From a bacterium (GTDB lineage Bacteria > 4484-113 > JAFGCY01), in the NCBI GenBank assembly GCA_020440645.1, contig JAGRNR010000009.1, positions 5,092 through 69,091 of the forward strand: a DNA stretch of 64,000 nucleotides, in the 5' to 3' direction. How positions within the stretch are numbered: the first letter of the stretch is position 1; the number at the start of each line of letters is the position of its first letter. The notes under the pieces were generated by a model. That model saw nothing but the letters and a program-made list of their open reading frames with translations. It did not search any database and was not told the origin of the DNA. Shown in pieces: positions 1 through 8,940 of the stretch. Both the position numbers and the translations under genes were made by a program.

Positions 1-1580
1 ACATAGACGAACTGGTGGTACATCGAGGCCGGGGCCACGCCGATGAACTGGCCCTTCAGGCCCTGCGGATGGTGCGGGGCTGAGTAGAGCTGGGTCATGC
101 CTAGCATGCTGCCGCCGGTGCTGCCGATGCTGCCATTGCACCATTCCTGCGTGTTGAGCCAGTCAAATGTGTCAACGCCGTCGCGCGGCTCAAGCATGTC
201 CTCCCCTTCCAGCGGGATGGACAGGTTGCCCTCGCTTTCATAGCGGCCACGCATGTCCTGTGTCACCAGTGCGTAGCCGGCATTGTTCATCTCCTCCGCC
301 AGCGGCAGGTAGACCGAGGGGTCCTTGCCATAGGGTGTGCGGACCAGCATCACCGGCCAGGGCCCGCTGCCGGACTGCGGCAGGTAGACATGCGTTGACA
401 GGCGGACTCCATCCGACATCCGCACCTTGTAGGCCGCAGGGCGCATCTGCTGCACCGGTTCCACATAGACCACGCGGCTCGCCACATTGGCAAGCCCATT
501 GCCGTCAGTCACGCGCACGCTGACCCGCCAGGCCCCACTGCCGCCGAAACTGTGGTCCACCGTCGGCGTTGCTCCGGTGGCAGTCTCAAAACTGCCGTTG
601 CCATCCAGGTCCCAGTCGTAGGCCGCGATCCCGGCCTCCGCACTGCTGCCGGATGCATCGAAGCGCCACTCACCGGGTGCCGCGAGGCTCAGTTCAGACG
701 GCAGCTCGCTCCCGTCCAGCATCACACCCGGCCCACCGGCGGAGACACTGGCAGGATTGCCAGCATCCCCCGCTGTCCCGCTCAGTTCGTCAAAGGGCCG
801 GACGCGGAAGCTGTACTGCCCGGCCTGTGGCACCTGCAGCTCGAAGTAATAGCGCACCGGCCGGTAGGGGTCCGCCACCTGGCTGCCCTCGGGGAAGGCG
901 GCGCTGCGCCAGACCGTGAACGGCATGCTGTCGTCAACCGGGTTTGGCAACTGGCTGAAGCCGGACTCGCCGGGCTGCTGCCATTCAATGACATATGCGC
1001 TGATGCGGGAATGCCAGTTCTCCGCAATCACCTGCACGTCAGCTTCGGAGATGGTCCCGTCCCGGTTGGCATCAACCCGCGCCATCCGCCAGTTGGCAGC
1101 TCCACTGTCCGCCGGCGGGATGTCACGGCCCTGGTCATCCCACCAGTAGCCCTGCGGCCAGCCCTGCTCGCCGTGGTATACCCGCGGGTCACGGTAGTCG
1201 ACGGACTTCGAGTGGTGCGCCTCGAGCGCGTCCAGGTCCGCCTTGTCAACGGTGCCGCTCAGGTCGGCGTCACCGGCCAGCACCTCCGTCCAGGACAGCA
1301 GCAGCGTATAGCCCGAACCGTCAGCGCGGGTCTGCTCCGCCACCATGTCAAACACACTCGCATGCGGGGCCGTCGGCGCGGCATGCTCCACGGACAAGGG
1401 CTCCAGCCCCAGCCTCGAGAACTCCGCATCCAGCCGCGACTCAAGCTCGCGGCGGACATCGGGGGGTGTCGGGTCAGGCGTGTTGCCAACGGGGGCAGCG
1501 CTGCCGCCACCGCAGGAGGCAGTTGCCAGGCACAGCAGTCCCGTGGCCAGCAGGCCAAGTCTGTATTTGTTTGCTTCCAT
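1..1580 (-). CDS. Lipoprotein with dockerin-like Ca-binding repeats, a PKD domain and a CocE/NonD (S15-type) alpha/beta hydrolase domain; the C-terminus runs off the window
   Basis: Absent from the ORF track because no stop lies inside the window. My reverse-strand translation from the ATG at 1580 stays open to base 1. Motifs: MEANKYRLGLLATGLLCLATASCGGG (signal plus Cys), DANRDGTISEADVQVI (dockerin/EF-hand-like loop), YDWDLDGNGSFE...VSVRVTDGNG (PKD), and PWPVMLVRTPYGK, GYALVTQDMRGRYESEG, WCNGSIGSTGGSMLG (CocE/NonD-type). The + strand ORFs 167..523 and 552..1631 look like antisense shadows. Confidence 0.8.
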   Translation of the reverse strand, partial: MEANKYRLGLLATGLLCLATASCGGGSAAPVGNTPDPTPPDVRRELESRLDAEFSRLGLEPLSVEHAAPTAPHASVFDMVAEQTRADGSGYTLLLSWTEVLAGDADLSGTVDKADLDALEAHHSKSVDYRDPRVYHGEQGWPQGYWWDDQGRDIPPADSGAANWRMARVDANRDGTISEADVQVIAENWHSRISAYVIEWQQPGESGFSQLPNPVDDSMPFTVWRSAAFPEGSQVADPYRPVRYYFELQVPQAGQYSFRVRPFDELSGTAGDAGNPASVSAGGPGVMLDGSELPSELSLAAPGEWRFDASGSSAEAGIAAYDWDLDGNGSFETATGATPTVDHSFGGSGAWRVSVRVTDGNGLANVASRVVYVEPVQQMRPAAYKVRMSDGVRLSTHVYLPQSGSGPWPVMLVRTPYGKDPSVYLPLAEEMNNAGYALVTQDMRGRYESEGNLSIPLEGEDMLEPRDGVDTFDWLNTQEWCNGSIGSTGGSMLGMTQLYSAPHHPQGLKGQFIGVAPASMYHQFVY

Positions 1581-1627
1581 TCCGCTCGTCCAGCCTTCCG
1601 ATCTATTCCGCCTGCCGGCGGGCCATC

Positions 1628-3922
1628 CTAGTCATCCATGCCCAGCAGCTTCACGGTCTCCCGCGGGCCGGGCACATTGAGCCCTGTTTCCAGCAGCACG
1701 GCGATGCAGTCAACACTGCCCCCGCGCAACGCCCGGGCCAGCAGCTCCTGCTGCCGCTCCGGCGAAAGCTCCGTTCCTTCCTGCCCGGCCAGTGCGGCCA
1801 GCAGGTCACTGCGGTCAAGGTCGATGCAGCAGGCCATCGCGCCCAGCAGCGCATCCGGCGTTGACAATTCAGCCACCTGCGCGACCAGCTCGCGCTCAAC
1901 CCCGGGCCAGCACACGATCGTGCCCAGCAGGTCCGGCAGCATGTCGTCCCGGCCGGTCCAGGCGTCCGACAGCCCCGGATGCTCCGGGTTGTAGATCGCC
2001 AGCAGCACCTTCAGCACCGCCTGGTTCTGGCGGGAGCGCTCGGCATCCGGCATGAGCTCCGTGCCGGCAGCCCGTCCCTGGGTGGCGAAGTAGTCCAGCC
2101 CGCGGCCGGGGTCGGCCCCGAGCTGCAGCAGGTAGCGTACGTTGTCAATCCGGCCGGCACTGCAGGCGCTCACAAGCGCCGTCATCCCGGCGGAGCTGCG
2201 GCGCTCGACCGGCGTGCCGTAATCCAGCAGGGCCTGCAGGAAGCGGCGGTCCTCCAGCTTGGCGGCTTCCATCAGCGCCTGGTCCTGGGCCTCCTCCAGC
2301 CAGTGCTGGTCATGGGGCAGCACGCTGAACAGGAATTCCAGCAGGTCGAGGTTCTGGCGCTTGACGGCCACCGTCAGCGAACTGTCAACGGTCAGGTTCT
2401 CACTGATCAGCAGTTCCTGGTCAAAGAATGCCTTGCCTAGCTCGCTGTCCATTCCAAGCATTACAAGTGCCTGCATCAGCGGGGCCCGCCCGCTGGCAAT
2501 CACCGCCTTGAGCGCAGCCTTGTTGCCAGCCTGCCCGGCCAGCAGCATGCCCTTCTCCAGTTCGCGGTTGGCCTGCTCTTCAGTCAGTCCGAGCTTCGCC
2601 ACCGCATCATTGAATTCGGCGACTCGGCCGAGGGCCACGAGTGCCACCGGCTGCGGGGACTGCGCCTTCGCCAGCCAGGCCGTTGCCAGTTCATCACGGC
2701 CGTTGAGGATCGCGATGTGCAGCGCACTGCGGGACAGGAAGTTCTCATGCAGCGGGTCAATCCCGAGCTGGCTGAGCTCCTGCAGTTCCTTGTCACTGAG
2801 CAGGCCGTTGAGCAGCAGCAGGTTCAGTGCATTGTTGCCATCGCCGTCAGTGGCATTCAGGTCGAGACCCATGCGCCTCAGCATCTGGAAGTAGCGCAGG
2901 TCGTCAATTGCGGTGCAGACCGCGTATTCCTCGCCGGTCAGCTGGTCCAGTTCCTTCAGGCGCTCATCCAGCAGGCCCTTCAGCGCGCCTTCGCGTTGCA
3001 GCTTCTCCAGCAATTCAGTTGTGGTCATCGCAAGTGCACGGCGCGACAGTTCCAGCCGGGCGGCCCCGAGCAGCGGGGCTCGCATCTCCAGGCTGCGGCG
3101 CTGGCCACGGTAGGCCCGGCAGATGGAGACCAGTGGCTGGCGCGATCCGGCCGCGGCATAACGTGCCACATCGAAGCCATTGCTGCTGAGCAGCTTGAGC
3201 TTCGCCGCGTCCGACAGGCAGGCCCCGAGCAGTTCATCTCCGGCGGAGCTGTAGTCCCAGTGTGTGCCCGCTTCCAGCAGGCGACTGAGCTGCTCCGTAC
3301 TGGCGACCGGCACGATCCGGCTTATGAATGCAGTCCATTCCGCCGGGTCCGTGCTGGGCTTGCCCACTTCGAGCAGGCGGCCGAGCAGCTCAGGGTCAAT
3401 TCCTCCCGGCCGCTGCAGCATTTCGCCGGCCACGCCACTGCCGAGTAGCGCTCCACGCCCGGCCAGCAGTGCAGCCATGCCGTCGTTCCCGCTGTGCAGA
3501 GCACTGACCAGCAAGCGGTCCAGCCGCAGCTGTTCGAGGGTGCGGGGATAGGAATCAAGCAGCGTCTCCACCGCGTCCGCATTGTCCAGGACGACGGCGA
3601 GGCTAAGCAGGTCGGCCCCGAGCAGTTCAGTATCCGCAGTTACCGTTCCATTCAGGCAGTCCTCACGGAATGCCGGCGACCAGGCAAGGAAACCATCGAG
3701 CATGCTGCGCTCAGATGCGTCCAGATCCAGGCTTCCGGCACTGCCTATTTGCGCCTGCAGTACGTATGAGAGTCCATTGCCCCTGTCCGCGAGGTCGAGC
3801 TGGCCGATATGGGCCACTTCGGACTGGGACTCGCTGTACTGCGCTGCCAGGGAATTGCCGGCAGCAATAATTACCATGACGCAGGAAAGCAGTAACATGC
3901 GCAAAATCGCATGTCTTTGCAT
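1628..3922 (-). CDS. Secreted ankyrin-repeat protein (about 764 aa)
   Basis: ORF track gives 1628..4021. I prefer the ATG at 3922 (MQRHAILRMLLLSCVMVIIAAGNSLAAQ, a Sec signal) because a TAGAAT hexamer at 3950..3945 lies inside the longer ORF. ANK repeats include SRSALHIAILNGRDELATAWL and GMTALVSACSAGRIDNVRYLLQLGADP. Confidence 0.8.
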   Translation of the reverse strand: MQRHAILRMLLLSCVMVIIAAGNSLAAQYSESQSEVAHIGQLDLADRGNGLSYVLQAQIGSAGSLDLDASERSMLDGFLAWSPAFREDCLNGTVTADTELLGADLLSLAVVLDNADAVETLLDSYPRTLEQLRLDRLLVSALHSGNDGMAALLAGRGALLGSGVAGEMLQRPGGIDPELLGRLLEVGKPSTDPAEWTAFISRIVPVASTEQLSRLLEAGTHWDYSSAGDELLGACLSDAAKLKLLSSNGFDVARYAAAGSRQPLVSICRAYRGQRRSLEMRAPLLGAARLELSRRALAMTTTELLEKLQREGALKGLLDERLKELDQLTGEEYAVCTAIDDLRYFQMLRRMGLDLNATDGDGNNALNLLLLNGLLSDKELQELSQLGIDPLHENFLSRSALHIAILNGRDELATAWLAKAQSPQPVALVALGRVAEFNDAVAKLGLTEEQANRELEKGMLLAGQAGNKAALKAVIASGRAPLMQALVMLGMDSELGKAFFDQELLISENLTVDSSLTVAVKRQNLDLLEFLFSVLPHDQHWLEEAQDQALMEAAKLEDRRFLQALLDYGTPVERRSSAGMTALVSACSAGRIDNVRYLLQLGADPGRGLDYFATQGRAAGTELMPDAERSRQNQAVLKVLLAIYNPEHPGLSDAWTGRDDMLPDLLGTIVCWPGVERELVAQVAELSTPDALLGAMACCIDLDRSDLLAALAGQEGTELSPERQQELLARALRGGSVDCIAVLLETGLNVPGPRETVKLLGMDD

Positions 3923-3944
3923 CACATCAGCATTATTACCGGAA

Positions 3945-3950
3945 ATTCTA
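3945..3950 (-). promoter_or_regulatory. Putative -10 box (TAGAAT on the minus strand), 22 nt upstream of the ATG at 3922
   Basis: The + strand reads attcta. The same hexamer recurs upstream of many genes in this window. Confidence 0.4.
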
Positions 3951-4170
3951 GGGATGAAACCTAATGCGCATTTACACCCGCCATGGATGTTGATTTTCCC
4001 AACATTTAACTTCTGCCCCATCGCAAACCCGGAATTAACCGGTCTGATGAGAATGTAATGTGTCGAGCGCTGGTATGGTCTATTGGACCGTGTAACTCCC
4101 TTCCGGAGCTTTATCGCTAACAGGCATGCAATATGCCGTGGTGCTGATGCAACCTGCTCGTCAGGCTTGA

Positions 4171-4911
4171 ATGAAAATGCTTAGCTATTCCAGGGCCCAA
4201 TGGTACGTGGATCTGATGGATCCAATGGCGGAAGCCCTCAACCAGCTTGATGTGGATCGATTCAATGAATTGCGCGCCCGTGCACTTGCAATCATCTCCA
4301 CTGAGGAAATGGACCGTGACATGGCCGATGCCATCGACATTGTCGTTTCCTACCTGGGTTTCCTGCGCCATGTGGCGTTCCGTGAGAATGGTGAGGCTGA
4401 ACGGGATTACCCGCAGGCTCGTGAAAGGCTGCTGCGCCGGACCCACGGCCCGGAAAGCGACCTGACCCGCCGGCGCTATTACCTGCAGTTGCGCATCATC
4501 GCGGACAACATGAAGCTCGAGCCGCTGCAGATCAATGAGTTCCGCAGCCTGTTCTCAGACCTGGACTTCCATGAGATGCATACCGAGCAATGGTATTTCG
4601 CATCGAATTTCGCCTTCCGGCACAAGGACCTCGAAACCATCTCGCGGGCCTACGAACAGTTCCTGCTGTATCGCGACGAGCACGACAATGAGCTGTTCCA
4701 GTGGGTGCGCCTGAGCGTGATGTACCGCCTGCTCAGGCAGGAGGTCCAGCCGCGGCACATTGAAAAGCTGCTGCTGAGCATCCGCACCTCGGCGAATGCG
4801 CGCGAGGTGCGCTCGCTGCTGCTGCCTGAGATCGAGCGCCAGCAGTTGATGACCCCCGAGCTAGAAGCGCTGCTGGAGCGGACCCAGGACCAGCTGGACA
4901 TGTCCCGCTGA
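4171..4911 (+). CDS. Hypothetical cytoplasmic protein (246 aa), helical-repeat-like
   Basis: Clean ORF from ATG 4171 to TGA 4909..4911 with no competing ORF. No motif I recognise. Third codon positions are less GC-biased than in the neighbouring genes. Confidence 0.6.
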   Translation: MKMLSYSRAQWYVDLMDPMAEALNQLDVDRFNELRARALAIISTEEMDRDMADAIDIVVSYLGFLRHVAFRENGEAERDYPQARERLLRRTHGPESDLTRRRYYLQLRIIADNMKLEPLQINEFRSLFSDLDFHEMHTEQWYFASNFAFRHKDLETISRAYEQFLLYRDEHDNELFQWVRLSVMYRLLRQEVQPRHIEKLLLSIRTSANAREVRSLLLPEIERQQLMTPELEALLERTQDQLDMSR

Positions 4912-4971
4912 TTTCCCACAGCCCAGCGTGCTTTGAAACAATCATGCCTGACTGGGATATGATTAATGAGA

Positions 4972-4999
4972 GGCAGGGACGGACCGCAGATCCCCTGCC
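4972..4999 (+). terminator. Stem-loop downstream of the 4171..4911 gene (ggcaggg, 14 nt, ccctgcc); no U-tract
   Basis: A 7-bp inverted repeat read directly from the sequence, 61 nt after the stop. Confidence 0.25.
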
Positions 5000-5020
5000 G
5001 GCGGGCCGGTCTGGGTAGGC

Positions 5021-6244
5021 ATGATCATCTTCGAAGTCATTCGCATGGCACTGCGCGGTGTGCGCGCCAATCTGCTGCGTTCAATGCTCACCACACTCGG
5101 CATCGCCGTCGGCGTGGGCTGCGTCGTGACGCTGATCGCCTACAGCGCTGGCAACACCAAGCAGCTGCTTGACCAGTTCAGCGGCTTCGGCACCAAGTCG
5201 ATGACCGTCTCGCTGGACAACTTCAACGGCAGCACCGCCATGCGGCTTGACCTCGAAGATGCCGCGGCCCTGCGCCGGGAGATCCCGGTGCTCGAAGTGG
5301 CGGCTGCGGTGATGTTCTTCAGCAATGTCGACCTCGACCTCAACGGCGCGGTCAAGACCGGCGTCACCCTCACCGCCGTCGAACCGCAGTATTTCAAGGC
5401 CCGCACCTTCGAGCTCTCCAGCGGGCACTACTTCAACCAGAATGACAACCTCTCACTGGCTCCGCTGGCGGTGATCGGTGCCAACGTGAAGGACGAGCTG
5501 TTCATGAACCTCGACCCGGTCGGACAGCAGCTGCTGATCCAGGGCAAGCCCTTCACCGTGATCGGCGTGATGGCACGGCGTGACGAGGGCCGCCACGGCG
5601 GCAGCAATGACGAGGTGCTGATCCCGCCCCATACCGCAATCGTCGAGTTCCCGACGATGGACCCGATGGTCAACATTGACATCGAGGTCAAGGACGAGAA
5701 GTACCTTGAGTTCGCGAAGACCCGCGTGACCGAAGTGCTCGAGGGCCGCCACCCGGAAATCGTGCTCGCCAAGAACGAGCGCTGGAGCCCGCTCAACGTC
5801 TGGATGTTCAACGACTGGCTGAAGCGCCGCACAGCCGCTGCCAACTCGATGTCGCGCTTCCTGCTGGTGATCGGCCTGCTGTGCCTGACCATCGGCGCCG
5901 TCGGTGTGATGAACATCATGCTCGTGGCGGTCGAGGAGCGCACGCTGGAGATCGGCCTGCGCAAGGCGCTCGGTGCCACCCGGGCGGGGATCATCGGCCA
6001 GTTCCTGAGTGAGGCGCTGATCGTCTGCCTCAGCGGCGGGGCGATCGGGCTCGGCGTTGCCATCGTGGCCTGCGCCAAGATGGCGGCGATGCCCGAGGAT
6101 GCCAACGTACCCGATCCGCTGCTCACGCAGAACCTGATGATCGGCTCGATCCTCGTTTCACTGGTGATCGCACTGGCGGCCGGCACCTGGCCCGCCGTGC
6201 TCGCATCCTCCACGGACCCGATCGAGTCCCTGTCCTACGAGTAA
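5021..6244 (+). CDS. ABC transporter permease, MacB/FtsX type (MacB periplasmic core domain plus FtsX domain)
   Basis: N-terminal ALRGVRANLLRSMLTTLGIAVGVGCVV, a large extracytoplasmic loop, and C-terminal VMNIMLVAVEERTLEIGLRKALGATRAGIIGQFLSEA, the typical FtsX-family signature. TAA stop at 6242..6244. Confidence 0.9.
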   Translation: MIIFEVIRMALRGVRANLLRSMLTTLGIAVGVGCVVTLIAYSAGNTKQLLDQFSGFGTKSMTVSLDNFNGSTAMRLDLEDAAALRREIPVLEVAAAVMFFSNVDLDLNGAVKTGVTLTAVEPQYFKARTFELSSGHYFNQNDNLSLAPLAVIGANVKDELFMNLDPVGQQLLIQGKPFTVIGVMARRDEGRHGGSNDEVLIPPHTAIVEFPTMDPMVNIDIEVKDEKYLEFAKTRVTEVLEGRHPEIVLAKNERWSPLNVWMFNDWLKRRTAAANSMSRFLLVIGLLCLTIGAVGVMNIMLVAVEERTLEIGLRKALGATRAGIIGQFLSEALIVCLSGGAIGLGVAIVACAKMAAMPEDANVPDPLLTQNLMIGSILVSLVIALAAGTWPAVLASSTDPIESLSYE

Positions 6245-6247
6245 GCC

Positions 6248-7495
6248 ATGTCCACCATCGAGATCATGCTGGCCTGCGTCAAGTCCATCTCCGCGAGGTG
6301 GAACCGCAGCCTGCTGACCGTGCTCGGCGTGGTGGTCGGGGTCGGCACCGTGGTGCTGCTGCTGGCATACGGTGCCGGGCAGAAGGCCGAGCTGCTGGCA
6401 CGCTATGAGGACTGGGGCGCCAATGAGATCCGCGTCAACATCCGCGGGCGCTGGGGCCGTGGCAACTGGATGTCCGAGCGCGAACGCCTGACACCCGGCG
6501 ACCTGGACGCCATCCTGAAGGACTGCGGTGCGGTCTCGCGCGCCGAGCCCTCCGTTGACACCGAAACCACCGTCCGCCTTGGCTCATATGAGCTGGAGGA
6601 GGTCGAGGTGCTCGGTGTCGGCCCTGACTACTTCGACATCCTTGGCGAGGAACTGGTCACCGGCGAAGCCTTCGGCGCCGAGGAGAACGTGCTGCGCGAG
6701 AGGGTCTGCATCATCAACACCACGATGCAGAAGGAGCTGTTCTTCGGCGCCCCGGCGCTCGGGCAGTTCATTGACATTGCCGGCCGGCGCTTCCGCATCG
6801 TCGGCACGATTGACTACGAGGAGGGCCGCCGCGCTGAGCCGACGGCCTTCATGCCCTACCTGACCTTCACGGACCGCACCTTCATCAACCAGCGCGGGCT
6901 CGGTGAGATCGTTGCCAGCGCCGTCAGCAGCAAGCATGTGAAGCTGGCGGCCCAGCAGATCGAGGAGCTGATGTACCTGCGCCACCCGCGCATCGAGAAG
7001 CCGGATGAAAGCGAGATCCGTGGCTGGTGGGACAAGCCGATCCGCGTGATGTACTCCGAGGAGCTGCGCAGCCAGCGAGAGGCCACCGCCGACAGTTTCG
7101 GCCAGTTCCTCGCGGTGATCGGCTTCCTCTCGCTGCTGATCGGCGGCGTCGGTGTGATGAACATCATGCTCGTGACGGTGCACCAGCGCACCGCGGAGAT
7201 CGGCCTGCGCAAGGCGCTCGGGGCCAAGCGCGAGGACATCCTGCGCCAGTTCCTCGCTGAAGCGGTGCTGATCAGCTTCAGCGGCGGGCTGATCGGGCTC
7301 GGGGCCGCCTGGATGGGCGCGAAGATCCTTGCCAACATGCCGGAGGATGCCCAGGTGCCGGACCCGGTGATCTCACCGCTGATCATCTTCATCGCCTTTG
7401 CGGTGACAGTCGGCACCGGCGTGTTCTTCGGCTACTACCCGGCCTGGCAGGCCTCACGCCTCGACCCGATCGAGGCCCTGCGCAGCAGCCGCTGA
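6248..7495 (+). CDS. ABC transporter permease, MacB/FtsX type (second, paralogous copy)
   Basis: VMNIMLVTVHQRTAEIGLRKALGAKREDILRQFLAEA. Same architecture as the upstream gene, with only a 3-nt gap between them. Confidence 0.9.
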   Translation: MSTIEIMLACVKSISARWNRSLLTVLGVVVGVGTVVLLLAYGAGQKAELLARYEDWGANEIRVNIRGRWGRGNWMSERERLTPGDLDAILKDCGAVSRAEPSVDTETTVRLGSYELEEVEVLGVGPDYFDILGEELVTGEAFGAEENVLRERVCIINTTMQKELFFGAPALGQFIDIAGRRFRIVGTIDYEEGRRAEPTAFMPYLTFTDRTFINQRGLGEIVASAVSSKHVKLAAQQIEELMYLRHPRIEKPDESEIRGWWDKPIRVMYSEELRSQREATADSFGQFLAVIGFLSLLIGGVGVMNIMLVTVHQRTAEIGLRKALGAKREDILRQFLAEAVLISFSGGLIGLGAAWMGAKILANMPEDAQVPDPVISPLIIFIAFAVTVGTGVFFGYYPAWQASRLDPIEALRSSR

Positions 7496-7511
7496 ATACC
7501 ACCCTGCTTGC

Positions 7512-8879
7512 CTAGCCGTCCCCGCTGTCCATTCCCGCCTCATTCTCTCCGCGGCTGGCCTGCTCCGGCGCACTGGGCCGCCTGAGCGGCTGGGGCAGGT
7601 CGGAGGATCCACCACGGCGTAGCTCCTGCGGGATGTCGGACGGTCCGTCCATCTTGTGCAGGTACAGCGACTGGCTCGGGAAGGCGAAGTCAACGCCGAT
7701 CTCGGCAAACAGGTCCATGATGCGCAGCATCAGGTCCTCGCGGATGATCAGGTAGTCCGCCCAGACAGCCGTATTGGCAAAGCAGTACACGAGGATATCC
7801 AGCGAGCTGGCACCGAAGTCGGTGAAGTGCACCAGATGGAAGCGCTGGTCGATGCCGCTGTGCTTTTCGATGATGTCGCGAATGCCATCCACGGCCTTGC
7901 GCAGCCTGGTGGCATCCGCGTCATAGGTGATGCCGATCGTCAGGTTGATGCGGCGCATGTCGCGCACGCTGAAGTTCTGGATGTTCTCGTTGGTGACGAT
8001 CTTGTTCGGCACGCTGACAACGGTCTTGTCAAAGCAGCGGATGCGCGTGGAGCGGATGCCGATCTCCTCCACGTCGCCCTCCACGCCGGCCATCTTGATC
8101 CAGTCCCCGCGCTTGAACGGGCGGTCCATGAAGATCATGAAGCTGCCGAAGATGTTGGCAACGGTGTCCTGCGCGGCGAAGGCCAGCGCCAGGCCGCCGA
8201 TGCCGACACCGGCCAGCACTGCGGTGATGTCCCCGCCCCAGCTCTGCACGCAGGTCAGGATCACCAGCAGGATGATCAGCACCTTGGCGGTGTCGCGGAT
8301 CATCGGGATGAACTGCCCGTCCAGTACGCTCGTGCTGTCCGGCCGCTCCTTCTGGCTCAGCCAGCTCAGCGCGACCTCGACGACGCGGAACAGGATCATG
8401 CCGACGTTGACGATCAGCCAGGTTGTCAGCAGCGACCACACGATCGCATTCGCGCGGCCGGGCAGGTCGATGAAGGCGAAGGCCAGGAACAGGCCCCAGA
8501 TCATCACGAAGGTGCCGATCTGCTTGCGCAGTGCGGCCAGGACCCGGTCGTCATACTTCGTCTCGGTACGTTCAACGATCGGCTTCAGGTAGCGGTCCAT
8601 CACCTTCTTCGCGATCTGGCTGATGAACAGTGCCAGCAGCAGGAAGAATGCCGCGGCCAGCAGCCCGAAGGCGTTGAGGCCGAAGACGGTGGTGTTGTTG
8701 AGCTGCCTGTAGGTGCTGGTCACGTTGGCGCCCAGCACGCGTTCTATCAGTTCGTTGGTCTTCTGGCGGGTTTCCTGGCGAGCGCTGTCCGAATCCGGCA
8801 CCAGCAGCGGTATCTGTGCCTGGCCCTCCTGCGAGTCCGCCTGTGCGTTGTCAGTGCTCTGCTGGAGAAGTAGGAGCAT
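7512..8879 (-). CDS. Mechanosensitive ion channel, MscS family
   Basis: IFGSFMIFMDRPFKRGDWIKMAGVEGDVEEIGIRSTRIRCFDKTVVSVPNKIV (MscS beta-domain). The track ORF extends to 9119 but overlaps deoC. The ATG at 8879 is preceded by a perfect TATAAT and a 6-nt spacer. Confidence 0.85.
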   Translation of the reverse strand: MLLLLQQSTDNAQADSQEGQAQIPLLVPDSDSARQETRQKTNELIERVLGANVTSTYRQLNNTTVFGLNAFGLLAAAFFLLLALFISQIAKKVMDRYLKPIVERTETKYDDRVLAALRKQIGTFVMIWGLFLAFAFIDLPGRANAIVWSLLTTWLIVNVGMILFRVVEVALSWLSQKERPDSTSVLDGQFIPMIRDTAKVLIILLVILTCVQSWGGDITAVLAGVGIGGLALAFAAQDTVANIFGSFMIFMDRPFKRGDWIKMAGVEGDVEEIGIRSTRIRCFDKTVVSVPNKIVTNENIQNFSVRDMRRINLTIGITYDADATRLRKAVDGIRDIIEKHSGIDQRFHLVHFTDFGASSLDILVYCFANTAVWADYLIIREDLMLRIMDLFAEIGVDFAFPSQSLYLHKMDGPSDIPQELRRGGSSDLPQPLRRPSAPEQASRGENEAGMDSGDG

Positions 8880-8885
8880 GCGGCC

Positions 8886-8891
8886 ATTATA
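8886..8891 (-). promoter_or_regulatory. -10 box TATAAT, 6 nt upstream of the mscS-family ATG at 8879 (leaderless configuration)
   Basis: The minus strand reads TATAAT ggccgc ATG. Confidence 0.55.
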
Positions 8892-8928
8892 CAGTCGGTA
8901 TTTCTGGCAGCGCTGCTGCGGCAGGCCA

Positions 8929-8934
8929 TACAAT
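8929..8934 (+). promoter_or_regulatory. -10 box TACAAT, 6 nt upstream of the deoC ATG at 8941 (leaderless configuration)
   Basis: The + strand reads TACAAT gtcaac ATG. It is divergent from the mscS promoter within a 61-bp intergenic region. Confidence 0.55.
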
Positions 8935-8940
8935 GTCAAC

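Noticed and set aside
552-1631. Long + strand ORFs at the left edge (552..1631, 569..919, 1345..1680 and others)
   Set aside because: Their Arg/Gly/Ala/Pro-rich, low-complexity translations are typical of the antisense frame of a GC-rich gene. The minus strand gives a coherent multi-domain protein (PKD, CocE/NonD) across the same bases.
3998-4021. Both ankyrin ORFs in the track begin with MGQKL (4021 and 57978), hinting at a shared N-terminal motif
   Set aside because: For the left gene, a TAGAAT box lies inside that extension and a proper signal peptide starts at Met34. The 5-residue identity is most likely coincidence.
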